Positions 19,564 to 28,404 of a stretch of DNA of 64,000 nucleotides are shown one piece after another (positions within the stretch are counted from its first letter, which is position 1; each line of letters begins with the position of its first letter). Made by a program: the position numbers and the translations under genes. This stretch comes from a virus (lineage: Duplodnaviria; Caudoviricetes). The stretch is taken from positions 2,106-66,105 of IMG/VR virus record IMGVR_UViG_2854744553_000002, one strand, 5' to 3'. The notes below the pieces were generated by a model. That model ran no database searches. It was given only the letters and a program-made list of their open reading frames with translations, and was not told the DNA's origin.

Positions 19564-19923
19564 CTACGGCTTCTTGTTTTGGTGATAAATAAACAGCGCA
19601 TCGAGGCGATCGATCACGCCCTCTTCGAACGGATCGAAGCGAACGCCGTGGCGCGCCTGCCAGGCTAGTATTTCAGCGCTGGTCAACGAATTCACGGCCA
19701 TGCCGCACTGGCGTTTCTGGTTCAGCTGGGTGAACCAGGTCCAGATATAGGCCAGCTCGGGCGGCAGTTGCGGCACCGCCGGTGCCTCTGGCGCCCGGTA
19801 GAGCGGGTTTTGCCGGGCGGTGTCTAGGTGATCGCCCTTGGCGTTGCCATCGCCTGCCGCTGCCGCGCGATCAAACAGATGATCGGCGTACAGCAACAGG
19901 GCCTGGGTTAGACCTTCAAAAAA
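19564..19923 (-). CDS. Tail assembly chaperone, -1 frameshift extension (gpGT-like)
   Basis: -1 frame open from the TTTTTTG site at 19923-19917; YIWTWFTQL...LTSAEILAWQ motif. Confidence 0.8.
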   Translation of the reverse strand, partial: FFEGLTQALLLYADHLFDRAAAAGDGNAKGDHLDTARQNPLYRAPEAPAVPQLPPELAYIWTWFTQLNQKRQCGMAVNSLTSAEILAWQARHGVRFDPFEEGVIDRLDALFIYHQNKKP

Positions 19924-20381
19924 TTGGCGTCGTTTTCCAGGGCGGTCGTCACGCGGTCTTGCCAGGTCGGGTACTTGTCGAACGCCGCGGCGATCATGTC
20001 CTTGTCGAACGCAGCCGGCGCGCCGTTGCTGGTGAAGCCGTACCAGTCGACGGCCACGGCCACGGCCAGGCGCTTCTGGTTGTCATCGATGACGTGCACC
20101 AGCTGATCGGCACCCTCATCCGTCGACGCATCAATGGCGGTCTTGCGCTTGGCCGACTTCTTGTAGCCTTCGGCGCGCACAGCGTGGCTTTCCTTGCGGT
20201 ATTCGTCAGAATTCTTGCCGACGATCTTGATGCCGGCCACGGGCTCGCCGTCGGCATCGAAGATCACTGGCACGTCAAAGGTCACGCGCGCGGCAGGCGC
20301 GGACAGGTTGGAGATATCGAAGCCAGCGACGGCCAGGGCTTGAGCAGCGTTCAGGACTGCAGGTGCTTGAGTGGTGTTCAT
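19908..20381 (-). CDS. Tail assembly chaperone (gpG-like)
   Basis: Follows the tail tube gene; ends DANFLKV over the slippery site. Confidence 0.85.
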   Translation of the reverse strand: MNTTQAPAVLNAAQALAVAGFDISNLSAPAARVTFDVPVIFDADGEPVAGIKIVGKNSDEYRKESHAVRAEGYKKSAKRKTAIDASTDEGADQLVHVIDDNQKRLAVAVAVDWYGFTSNGAPAAFDKDMIAAAFDKYPTWQDRVTTALENDANFLKV

Positions 20382-20511
20382 GGGTAGTGCCTTTCGTGGG
20401 TAATAAACAATGCCCGTGCCGGCCGCCGCGCCCACGAAGGCGACAGCGACCGGTCGGTGCTGGGGTTGGCTTGCGCCAAAAAGGAAGCCCGGCGCGCGGC
20501 CGGGCAATGGC

Positions 20512-21714
20512 TTACAGACTGGTGTCTTGGAAGGCCACGGTGGTTGCTTCGTACTGCGCGTCGGCGCCCTGGTAACGCAGGATGTCGAAAGCGCAAGTGA
20601 TAATCTTGTTTTTCTCGCCATCATCGACCTTGGCCGAGGTGATCTTGATGCGGCCCATGGCGATCGCCATGACTTCGGCCAGCGGCGCCGTGCTGGCTGC
20701 CATGGCGTAGGCCAGTGGCAGCTCGACTTCCTGCTTGAAGTAATCGATGTATGCCGAATCCTGCATCAGCACCGTGAACTGGCCGCTCCCCAGCACCTTG
20801 CCGCGCGAGGCGGCCGTGGCGAACTTGGAGCCGATCACCGGATCGATCTTGACCTGGCCGTCCAGCGACAGCGACATGCCCGTGCAAATTTGCGACGGGA
20901 TGCCGGCGACCGACAGCATCGCGGTGGCGCCAGAGAACTTGCCGGTGCCGGGCGTGGCGGCGGGCGCCGCGAAGTACGCCGCTGGCGTGGTCGCGCCTTC
21001 CAGCTTGCCCATCAGGGTGAAGTCCATGCTCGTGATGCCGTTCGGCTGCACGGCGATATCGACCTTGCTGACCAGCTGGTCGATGAAGCAGCGGTTGACG
21101 GCGATGCCCGGATCCTGAACTTCCGCGGTGAACCAGTCCGTGGTGTGCCCGGTCAGCGGCGTGAAGCTGCGCTTGCCGGTCGCGGTCACGGTCACAGGAT
21201 CGCCAGCGGCTTTGACCGTCATCGCCGAGCCGTCCATGAACTGACCTGCCAATACCAAGGCAGTCACCGAGGTCACGAAGAAATTCTTACCGTTGTTGGC
21301 GGCGCCAGTGGTCAGCAGGCCGCTGATGCGCACCACGGTACCGGCGCGGTGGCCGTCTGCCAGCCACGAGCCGGCGCTGCGCGTCAGGCCCGTTGCGCCC
21401 GATGCGATGGTGTTCTGCGCCGTGGTGACGCCGCCAGCGGTGAAGTCGCGACGCAGCAGCGCGGCCAGCAATGCGGTGTAGGTGCCGCAGCTCGCCTCGC
21501 CCTTGATGGCGCCGGAGGTGCGGAAGTTGCCCAGGCGGGTATCGCTCTGTTGCTGGCTCGGGTCAATCTCGTTGCTCGAATACTTGTCAGCGTCCGTGTC
21601 GAACGTCGCGGTCACGCGCGGATAGAGGCGGCCGGCGGCGGCCAGCGCCTTCGTGCCTTCCGCAGTTTGCTTGCCGATAACGAGCAGGCTGTCGATGCCG
21701 TTTGCAGTGGTCAT
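20512..21714 (-). CDS. Major tail tube protein
   Basis: 400 aa starting MTTANGID with SNEIDP motif; between the tail terminator and the chaperones. Confidence 0.85.
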   Translation of the reverse strand: MTTANGIDSLLVIGKQTAEGTKALAAAGRLYPRVTATFDTDADKYSSNEIDPSQQQSDTRLGNFRTSGAIKGEASCGTYTALLAALLRRDFTAGGVTTAQNTIASGATGLTRSAGSWLADGHRAGTVVRISGLLTTGAANNGKNFFVTSVTALVLAGQFMDGSAMTVKAAGDPVTVTATGKRSFTPLTGHTTDWFTAEVQDPGIAVNRCFIDQLVSKVDIAVQPNGITSMDFTLMGKLEGATTPAAYFAAPAATPGTGKFSGATAMLSVAGIPSQICTGMSLSLDGQVKIDPVIGSKFATAASRGKVLGSGQFTVLMQDSAYIDYFKQEVELPLAYAMAASTAPLAEVMAIAMGRIKITSAKVDDGEKNKIITCAFDILRYQGADAQYEATTVAFQDTSL

Positions 21715-21781
21715 GGTGTGGATTGCCTTTCTTTGGTCGAAAAAAAAGACCGCCGAGGCGATCTGTGTGGGGTGATGCGGG

Positions 21782-22183
21782 TTACAGGTTGCAGAAATAC
21801 CTGATCTTGACAGGGACCATCCAGCGGTCGCCGTCCTCGCGGCCGTCGGCGATTTCAGGCGTGCGCTCAATCTGCACGGTCACATCGCCCTTCGTGAAGC
21901 TTGCGCCGCGTTTAAATAGCGCCGCGACCATTTCAGCGCGCGCGCCGGCGGCGGCGGTGCCCTGCCCTGACGGATACATCAGGCTGACCTGAAAGATGCC
22001 GCGCTCCTGGCGCGAGCCGTCGCCCAAGGAATGATTGTCCGGTTCCGCCGGCAGCAAATAGGCCGCTTGGTACGGCCGACCGGTGACTGGCGTGTATGGC
22101 ACGTTCTGCCAAGCGACGTCGATGGCTGGCGCGAGGCTGGCCAGGGCCACCTCCAGCGCAGCGCGTATTGTTGATTGACTCAT
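21782..22183 (-). CDS. Tail terminator-like protein
   Basis: VAWQNVPY...GIFQVSLMYP.G.G motif; position. Confidence 0.8.
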   Translation of the reverse strand: MSQSTIRAALEVALASLAPAIDVAWQNVPYTPVTGRPYQAAYLLPAEPDNHSLGDGSRQERGIFQVSLMYPSGQGTAAAGARAEMVAALFKRGASFTKGDVTVQIERTPEIADGREDGDRWMVPVKIRYFCNL

Positions 22184-22677
22184 AATTTATAGCTCGAATA
22201 GCCTTGGGCGAACTCGCTTGCGGTGGTGCCGTCGCGCACGCCGTTCACAGCATTGTCCACAATGGTGCGGAATTCCACGACCGTCAGCATCACCACGCCG
22301 ACGGGCGCCTGGCGCGACCAGCCCTCCTCGATGCGCTTCGCATAAGGCAGGTTGTTCACGAGATAGATCACGTCGCCCGCCTTCGCCGCGCTGATGACGC
22401 TGCCGTGCGCGGCAATCGTCGCGCTGCCGTCCTTGTCGATCAGGCCGCGCACGCCAGCAACAGGCGAGCCGATGGAAAGCTGCCAGTTCGCACGGAAACG
22501 GCCGCCGGTGTAGCCTGGTGGCGGTTTGTGCTTCCAATATTTGGCGTCACCGACCGGCGAACGCTGCACCAGCTTGTTGTCGATCTTCATGGTGATGGCG
22601 CGCACCACCAAGTCCTGATTGGCCTTGGTCTTGGCGATGAATTCGGCGATCTGCATGGAAAACGACATATTTGCCAT
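22180..22677 (-). CDS. HK97 gp10-like neck protein
   Basis: SPVGD...GRFRANWQ...NNLPYAKRIEEGWS.QAP.G motif. Confidence 0.85.
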   Translation of the reverse strand: MANMSFSMQIAEFIAKTKANQDLVVRAITMKIDNKLVQRSPVGDAKYWKHKPPPGYTGGRFRANWQLSIGSPVAGVRGLIDKDGSATIAAHGSVISAAKAGDVIYLVNNLPYAKRIEEGWSRQAPVGVVMLTVVEFRTIVDNAVNGVRDGTTASEFAQGYSSYKL

Positions 22678-23051
22678 CAAAGCCCCCTAAGTTGAAGCGT
22701 GTACAGCACTGCCACGTCAACCGGTGCAGTCGTCTCGACGGTTTTCACGGTGTAGCTGGCGCCGCCGAACAGGACCAGATCGGCTGTGGTTGGCGCCGGC
22801 ATGGCCTGGCCATTGCGCTGCAGCGGCGACAGCAACAGCTTCTGGTCGCCCGCCTGGATCAGCGTGCCGTCGATGTTTTCAGCCTCGTAGTTGATCTTGA
22901 CGCCCGTGCCTTCGTAATCGGTGGTCGTGCTGGGCGCTGTGCCCAGGTCTGGATCATATGGATCGGTCACGACCCGGCGCAGCACCACAATGCCGCCCTT
23001 GCGACGCAGGGACTGGTCGGCACGCGAGGCGGTTTTGCTGTAATCGGTCAT
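22677..23051 (-). CDS. Head-tail joining / head closure protein
   Basis: YDP..G...IDGTLIQAGD...LYTLQLR; position. Confidence 0.75.
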   Translation of the reverse strand: MTDYSKTASRADQSLRRKGGIVVLRRVVTDPYDPDLGTAPSTTTDYEGTGVKINYEAENIDGTLIQAGDQKLLLSPLQRNGQAMPAPTTADLVLFGGASYTVKTVETTAPVDVAVLYTLQLRGL

Positions 23052-23054
23052 AGC

Positions 23055-23426
23055 CTATGGTGCTTTCAAGTAGTCATACGGCGGCGTCTCCACGAAGCGC
23101 ACGGCCTTGATCGTGGTCTTGCCGTCGATCAGGGCACGTAGCACGCGATGCCAGCCGTCCATGATGAAGCCCTGCTGGCACAGAATGATCGGATACTCGG
23201 TGTTGACGTCCAGCGCGCGGCGCACGTGGTGCGCGATGCCGTAGGCCGAACCGACAGGGGTCCAGACCTCGCTGCCGGAGTAGATCGCCGCCAGCGGCAG
23301 GTCGAACGGCACCAAGTCCTTAGCGCGTGCGATCAGGTTGGTGACGATCCATACCTTGCTGCCGTCGCGGTAGGTGTTGTCAGCAACGAAACAACCGTCG
23401 ATCTTCACTACTGGATAAGCGCTCAT
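23055..23426 (-). CDS. Stand-alone ParB/sulfiredoxin-like N-terminal domain protein
   Basis: YPIIL...IMDGWHRVLRA motif. Confidence 0.7.
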   Translation of the reverse strand: MSAYPVVKIDGCFVADNTYRDGSKVWIVTNLIARAKDLVPFDLPLAAIYSGSEVWTPVGSAYGIAHHVRRALDVNTEYPIILCQQGFIMDGWHRVLRALIDGKTTIKAVRFVETPPYDYLKAP

Positions 23427-23935
23427 CCTCGTATCACCTTGATCGAATTGCCGCCACCGGCCGAGCCGAAGTAAGGCGCCAGGATCGCGTCCACGGCCAC
23501 GAAGCGCTCACGCGCGTCCGTGGTGTTCTGGAAGTACTCAGTTTCCAGTGGGCCGGTCTTGTCTTTCTTGATCGCGTTCGAGCCGGTGTCGAGGTCGGGC
23601 AGCAACTCCTCACCTCTGCCTGCGCGTACAGCCAGATCGATGCAGGCATTGACCACGTCCAGCGGCAGGCAATTGCTGGGCACGGCGAAACCGTCGACCA
23701 CGACGTTGTAACGCGGCCAGTCCAGTGCCTGACGCTGATGCACACGGCAGCCGGCCCAGCGGGTGCGGTAGGTAGCCATGAACAGCGTGGCCCTGCGCAG
23801 CGCAATCTCTTTGTCAGCTTCGGCCAGCGCTGTCCAGGCACTCAGGCCCAGGCTGGTGCAGCGCGCATCAGCCGCAGCGACGCTGGCATAGGATTCGGCA
23901 TCGGCCAGCCCGGCGCCAGTTTCAGTGATGAGCAT
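23423..23935 (-). CDS. Head-tail adaptor (DnaT-like family)
   Basis: ETGAGLADAESYAS...QALDWPR...GPLETEY. Confidence 0.8.
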   Translation of the reverse strand: MLITETGAGLADAESYASVAAADARCTSLGLSAWTALAEADKEIALRRATLFMATYRTRWAGCRVHQRQALDWPRYNVVVDGFAVPSNCLPLDVVNACIDLAVRAGRGEELLPDLDTGSNAIKKDKTGPLETEYFQNTTDARERFVAVDAILAPYFGSAGGGNSIKVIRG

Positions 23936-23986
23936 GATGGTCCTGATGTGGAAGTCCCGCGCGCGGCGGGAGGTGCTGGCCAGTAT

Positions 23987-24445
23987 TTATGCTTTGGCGG
24001 CTTTGGCTGGCTTTTCGGTCGAGGCAGCAGTGGCGGCCGGCGGCGAAGCGGTGGCAGCGGCGGCATCCTTGGCAGCCTGGAGGCGTGCCGCTTCGTCGCG
24101 CAGGCGCTGCGCTTCGGCCTCATTGGCCCGGGCCTGCTCGGCAACGCGCTCTTTCTCGGCCGCCAGTTCGCGTTCGCGTTGCTGCAAATCATCGTGCGCT
24201 GCCAGCAAATCAGCGCGAGCAGCCATCAACTCGGCTGCGGTCGGCACGCGCTCGCCCGCGCCTTGATCAATATATTCGGCCTTGATCGTGACTTCCGGCA
24301 CGTCTGCAGCGGCATTGGCGCGATCAACCGCCACGTTTGCATCGACGATCTTGAGACCAGCCTGGCGCGCGAGCGCCTTAACGTCCTCGTTGTATTGGAA
24401 CATCGGCCCTGCCAGATACCAGATGTTTTCCGGATCTTTTTCCAT
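23987..24445 (-). CDS. Hypothetical coiled-coil protein downstream of the capsid gene
   Basis: GGAG RBS; IWYLAGPMFQYNEDVKALA N-terminus. Confidence 0.7.
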   Translation of the reverse strand: MEKDPENIWYLAGPMFQYNEDVKALARQAGLKIVDANVAVDRANAAADVPEVTIKAEYIDQGAGERVPTAAELMAARADLLAAHDDLQQRERELAAEKERVAEQARANEAEAQRLRDEAARLQAAKDAAAATASPPAATAASTEKPAKAAKA

Positions 24446-24509
24446 TTGGAACTCCGTTTTTTGTGCTTTATGGAAGAAGCCGCGCCCCGATTAGAGGCGC
24501 GGCGCTGGC

Positions 24510-25502
24510 TTACTTGGTCGCGTCACCGATGGTGATCACGCCAGCCGTATGCTTGTCGCTGGTGGCCACCTTGTCCCAGTTGGAGCCGGTGCCCAGCGCT
24601 GCGTCAGAAGGCGATTTGCCGCCCGAGGCTTCATCCCAGGTGTAGCCCTTCAAGCCCAGGCCGAAGGTGTAATCGACCTGCATCGTCGTTTCGATGCGCT
24701 GATTACCGTTGGTCGTTTCGATGTTACTGATGATGTCGGAGCCATCGGTAACGGTTGCAGCGCCTTCGGCCAGGGACAGCACGCGCAACTTCGCGGGTGC
24801 GGCAGGGCCAGGTGCCGGACCGACGGCAGCCGAATACAACGCCGGCGCGTCCGTAACCACCACCGGCTTGCCCAGCACATCCACCACGCGGACGTTTTGC
24901 GCCTGGAACAGCTGAGTAGCATTGGCCAGGTTGGCGCCGATCAGCTTGTGGAAGGTCGTGCCATTCATGATTTGTGCCACCAGATTGCCGCTGTGGTCGC
25001 CGAACTTGCCGTGGGCTTCATTCATGGCGATGTAGTCCACACCACGCGTCGCGCTCACATCGTTGACCGTGTTGGCGTTGTTGCTGATGGCCGCCACCAG
25101 CGCCAGGATAGCTGTGTTCAGCTGATCCGCCAGCATCGCTTCGGCGAAATTGCGCGAGGCAACTTCGATGCCTTCAGCCGTCGGCTTGTGCAGCCAGGTC
25201 ATCTGCGATGGCTCGAAGCGGATCGGGCCGAAGCCGCCCGCGATCTTCACCGAGTTGTGCTTCAACTGGGTCAGGTCGGTCGACGCCGCCACGCCATTTG
25301 CGCCGTAGCGGTTCACGCGACGCTGGGCCGAATGGATGGCAGCGAAGAACGACTCTTGCAGGAAGTCGCCTTCGAAGCCTTCGGTAGTGAGGCGAATGGC
25401 GCCGTTACTGGCCGCGTTGAACTTGTCCACCATCTGCGCCAGCGTTTCGATGGTCGCCGGCATGATGTACTTGTTGAAGACTTGCATTTGGGAGAGAGAC
25501 AT
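24510..25502 (-). CDS. Major capsid protein
   Basis: 330 aa after the scaffold gene; FNAASNGAI...LGLKGYTWD...GSNWDK. Confidence 0.9.
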   Translation of the reverse strand: MSLSQMQVFNKYIMPATIETLAQMVDKFNAASNGAIRLTTEGFEGDFLQESFFAAIHSAQRRVNRYGANGVAASTDLTQLKHNSVKIAGGFGPIRFEPSQMTWLHKPTAEGIEVASRNFAEAMLADQLNTAILALVAAISNNANTVNDVSATRGVDYIAMNEAHGKFGDHSGNLVAQIMNGTTFHKLIGANLANATQLFQAQNVRVVDVLGKPVVVTDAPALYSAAVGPAPGPAAPAKLRVLSLAEGAATVTDGSDIISNIETTNGNQRIETTMQVDYTFGLGLKGYTWDEASGGKSPSDAALGTGSNWDKVATSDKHTAGVITIGDATK

Positions 25503-25505
25503 TTT

Positions 25506-26285
25506 TTAGCCTTTCGCTAATTCGGGATATTGAGCAGCAAAAGCGGCGGCACGTTCTTCACGCGTCCCGCCGAGATTGCCCGTTTGTTTTTGGCCGCCAC
25601 CGCCGCCTTGATGGGCGCCACCGCCGGATGCGCCCGATCCCTTGAGAATCTGATCCTTGTAGGGATACTGATCCACCAGGGTTTCGAGTGCTTCATCGAA
25701 GTCAGCCAGGTCGCCGGGGCGCGTGCGCGAGAAAATCTTGTTGCCTGCGCCGTCGTAGGCCACGACCTTGCCCGCCTCGACCTTGAAGGCTTGGCCGAAG
25801 CGCGCCTGGACCAGGTCAACCGGAATGGCAAACTTGTCGGCGATGAGTTTCGAGCGATTGAAGCTGCCGCCGATCATTTCCGAATACAGGTTTCCGGTAA
25901 TGGCGTCCAGTTCGGTCTTGGTGCGGGCCAGCTCGTCGGCGTGGGTCTTGTTGGCGGCGGCAACCTGCTCTTCAGCCGCCTTTTTCGCTGCCAGCTTGAT
26001 TTCTTCAACCTTGCCGGCGGCGACCAACTTGCCTTCGTCGACGTTCTTCATCAGTTCGATCGCCTTCGCTGCAGCGGCAGGGTCGTCAATGCCAGCGAAC
26101 GCTTGCAGCTTTGCCTCGGCAGCTTCCTTTGCTTCGCGGTGAGTCTTTGCCTCAGCATTCAAACCCTGGATCTTCTGCACGGCAGCGGCCGCATCGAACG
26201 GGACTTCCTTCCCGTCGTCATGTACGTAGACTGGCTTGCCATCCTGGACAACGACATTGCCATTTGCATCGAGTTTGAGTTTCAT
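25506..26285 (-). CDS. Capsid scaffolding protein
   Basis: MKLKLDANG start, coiled coil, GASGGG near the C-terminus. Confidence 0.85.
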   Translation of the reverse strand: MKLKLDANGNVVVQDGKPVYVHDDGKEVPFDAAAAVQKIQGLNAEAKTHREAKEAAEAKLQAFAGIDDPAAAAKAIELMKNVDEGKLVAAGKVEEIKLAAKKAAEEQVAAANKTHADELARTKTELDAITGNLYSEMIGGSFNRSKLIADKFAIPVDLVQARFGQAFKVEAGKVVAYDGAGNKIFSRTRPGDLADFDEALETLVDQYPYKDQILKGSGASGGGAHQGGGGGQKQTGNLGGTREERAAAFAAQYPELAKG

Positions 26286-26359
26286 TTGGTGGCTTTCTGG
26301 GCATCCGCCCTTGTGAATGGCCTTCCGGCCGTGCACCGCTTCGCGTCCGCTTGCGGCAT

Positions 26360-26389
26360 AAAAAAAGCCGCCTGGTTGCCCAGGCGGCC
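26360..26389 (-). terminator. Intrinsic terminator after the LRAT moron
   Basis: GCCGCCTGG/CCAGGCGGC stem with minus-strand T-tract; a second hairpin at about 26405-26422. Confidence 0.75.
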
Positions 26390-26432
26390 GTAGTTTTGAA
26401 CAGAAACCCCGCCCTAGCGGGTTAATACGAGG

Positions 26433-27107
26433 TTACTTGCGAAACCACCGGTATGCTTGCGCGGCCACCAAGATAGGGGTTGACACCGGCAAGCACGCCA
26501 CGACAGCTGCAGTTACAGCCATCCCAGTGGCTAAACCTGAGCCGCTATTTTCGCTGGGAGCAGAATCATTGATTGAATCACTGGAAGCAAATTTCTTCCT
26601 TGAAAAGTGCTTTCGTAGCGTCGCCGCTAAAGTAACTCCAGGCAGGAAACACCCCACTACCTTCTCAACAAAGTCAACCTGCGCGCTTCGGGACTCACCG
26701 GTGATCGCCCAAGAACAAAAGTCCTCACAATTATTACTATGGAAGTCATACTCCTTCTCGCCAAGGCGCGATTCTGCTCGGCGCACAACTTCTTTTCCTT
26801 GAAAAGAAGCAGCGGAATACCCTCGAACGGTTATCTCTCTTCCACCAGAAAAGGTTTCAAGCGTATCGAAAACGACAGGGCCCGATGTCAGGCCATCACT
26901 GAGCCCAGAATAGTGGACGACTATTCCCTCGCCGACATAGATGCCGTGATGCGTATAAAGCGTGCGGCTGACAATCAGGTGATCGCCAACCTTCAATTCG
27001 TATCCAGCGTCGGTAAAATACTGGGGCTTGCCGTAAGCGTAAGATGAACGAGCGGAGTTAGAAGAATTTGTCATGGCGAGCATATTCAAAATAGGAAGTT
27101 TCATCAT
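26433..27107 (-). CDS. LRAT-family (permuted NlpC/P60) acyltransferase/hydrolase moron
   Basis: YTHHGIYVG...VVHY and YDFHSNNCEDFC motifs; hydrophobic C-terminus; low GC. Confidence 0.85.
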   Translation of the reverse strand: MMKLPILNMLAMTNSSNSARSSYAYGKPQYFTDAGYELKVGDHLIVSRTLYTHHGIYVGEGIVVHYSGLSDGLTSGPVVFDTLETFSGGREITVRGYSAASFQGKEVVRRAESRLGEKEYDFHSNNCEDFCSWAITGESRSAQVDFVEKVVGCFLPGVTLAATLRKHFSRKKFASSDSINDSAPSENSGSGLATGMAVTAAVVACLPVSTPILVAAQAYRWFRK

Positions 27108-27183
27108 AGCAACTTTGCAACCTTCTGAATAGTGCCTTGTGGAAATAACTCTATTTCCCTCAATGCCCGCTCTTCCTACCAGA

Positions 27184-28404
27184 CTATTTGTACTTCGCTT
27201 GCAATTCCTCCAGGGTCAGCTTTCGTCCCTTGAGGTTCATCAAGTCGTTCAGCGTGATCTTGCCCGCCTCATACATCTCGGCGCGACCCGGGCCCAAGTA
27301 CTCAGCCCGCCAGGCCTTGCCCTTGCTGGCCAGGAAGTCCTTGAAGTTCATTTTGCTGCTGACCGCCCCGCCGTCGCTGGGTCGCGTGCTCTCGCCCGGC
27401 TCGTCCAGTTCGATGCCCAGGTCCTTGAATGACTTGGTGCGCGTGCTGAGCACGCAACGGCAGCTGAAATGGATGGCACCAGGGCCGCCCGCCCACTCGT
27501 GGGTATGGTTGATCGGCTCCTGGTCGTCCAGCGAGTACTCGTGCAAGTCGCGCATGGCGCACAGCAGGCAGGTATGCGAATCAAGCGTCGACAGCCACAC
27601 CAGGCACTCGATCAGGTCCGCATTCTGCTGAAAAGACGCCAGGCGCGCCGCGTTGGCCACGGCCTGTACCGAGCTGTGCACCAGCGCGCGCGCGTTTGCC
27701 GCAGACGTTTTCAATATGCCCTGCTCGCCCGGCGCTACAGGATCCGGCGCGGCGCCAGGCGGCTTGGCGGCTGGATCAGCTGGCGGCGCACCCGGCTTCG
27801 TTGCTGGCCCAGCGGGCGGCGCCTTCGAATCTGGCATTGGAGGCGTGGCAGGCAATGCCGGCTTGTTGGCCGGCGAATCGGCCGCTTTGGCGCTCTTACC
27901 CAGCACGCGCGACACGATCTGCGACGTCGTCTCACCCTGCGCAGCACCGAGTCGGACCTGGCTGGCGAAGCGGAATTGCGTGTCAAGTGCCTGGCGCTTC
28001 CACCAATCCGCCGACGGCGCGCCCTTGATGAGCGTGTCGCCGACGAGCTTTTCGAGGTAGGTGGCCGGCGGCAACTTGGCGCCCAGCTCGATCTTGAGCC
28101 CCTGAGTCAGCACCTTGGCCGTGTAATCGGCCTCGATGCGCACCATGCCGGTCAAGTTGTGGGTCATTTCCGCCTGCATGCCGGTGTAGTGGGACGAAAT
28201 CACCGCGCTCGACTCGCGCAGCAGCGCGCCCAGGCGCTGCTTGCCGTAGGTCGATATCTCGCCTTCGTTCAGCTTGGCCGTCAATTCCTTCGACATGGCC
28301 GCCATCAGCAGCAAGATTTTCTCTTGCGCGCCGGATGAAAAGCGCAGCAGGTTCAACGAATGCACGAGAAACATCTCGGCAATCCACTCTTCGAGCGCGC
28401 CCAT
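27184..28404 (-). CDS. Head morphogenesis / minor capsid protein (SPP1 gp7 / Mu gpF family)
   Basis: WLSTLDSHTC..C...HFSCRC motif; follows the portal gene. Confidence 0.9.
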   Translation of the reverse strand: MGALEEWIAEMFLVHSLNLLRFSSGAQEKILLLMAAMSKELTAKLNEGEISTYGKQRLGALLRESSAVISSHYTGMQAEMTHNLTGMVRIEADYTAKVLTQGLKIELGAKLPPATYLEKLVGDTLIKGAPSADWWKRQALDTQFRFASQVRLGAAQGETTSQIVSRVLGKSAKAADSPANKPALPATPPMPDSKAPPAGPATKPGAPPADPAAKPPGAAPDPVAPGEQGILKTSAANARALVHSSVQAVANAARLASFQQNADLIECLVWLSTLDSHTCLLCAMRDLHEYSLDDQEPINHTHEWAGGPGAIHFSCRCVLSTRTKSFKDLGIELDEPGESTRPSDGGAVSSKMNFKDFLASKGKAWRAEYLGPGRAEMYEAGKITLNDLMNLKGRKLTLEELQAKYK

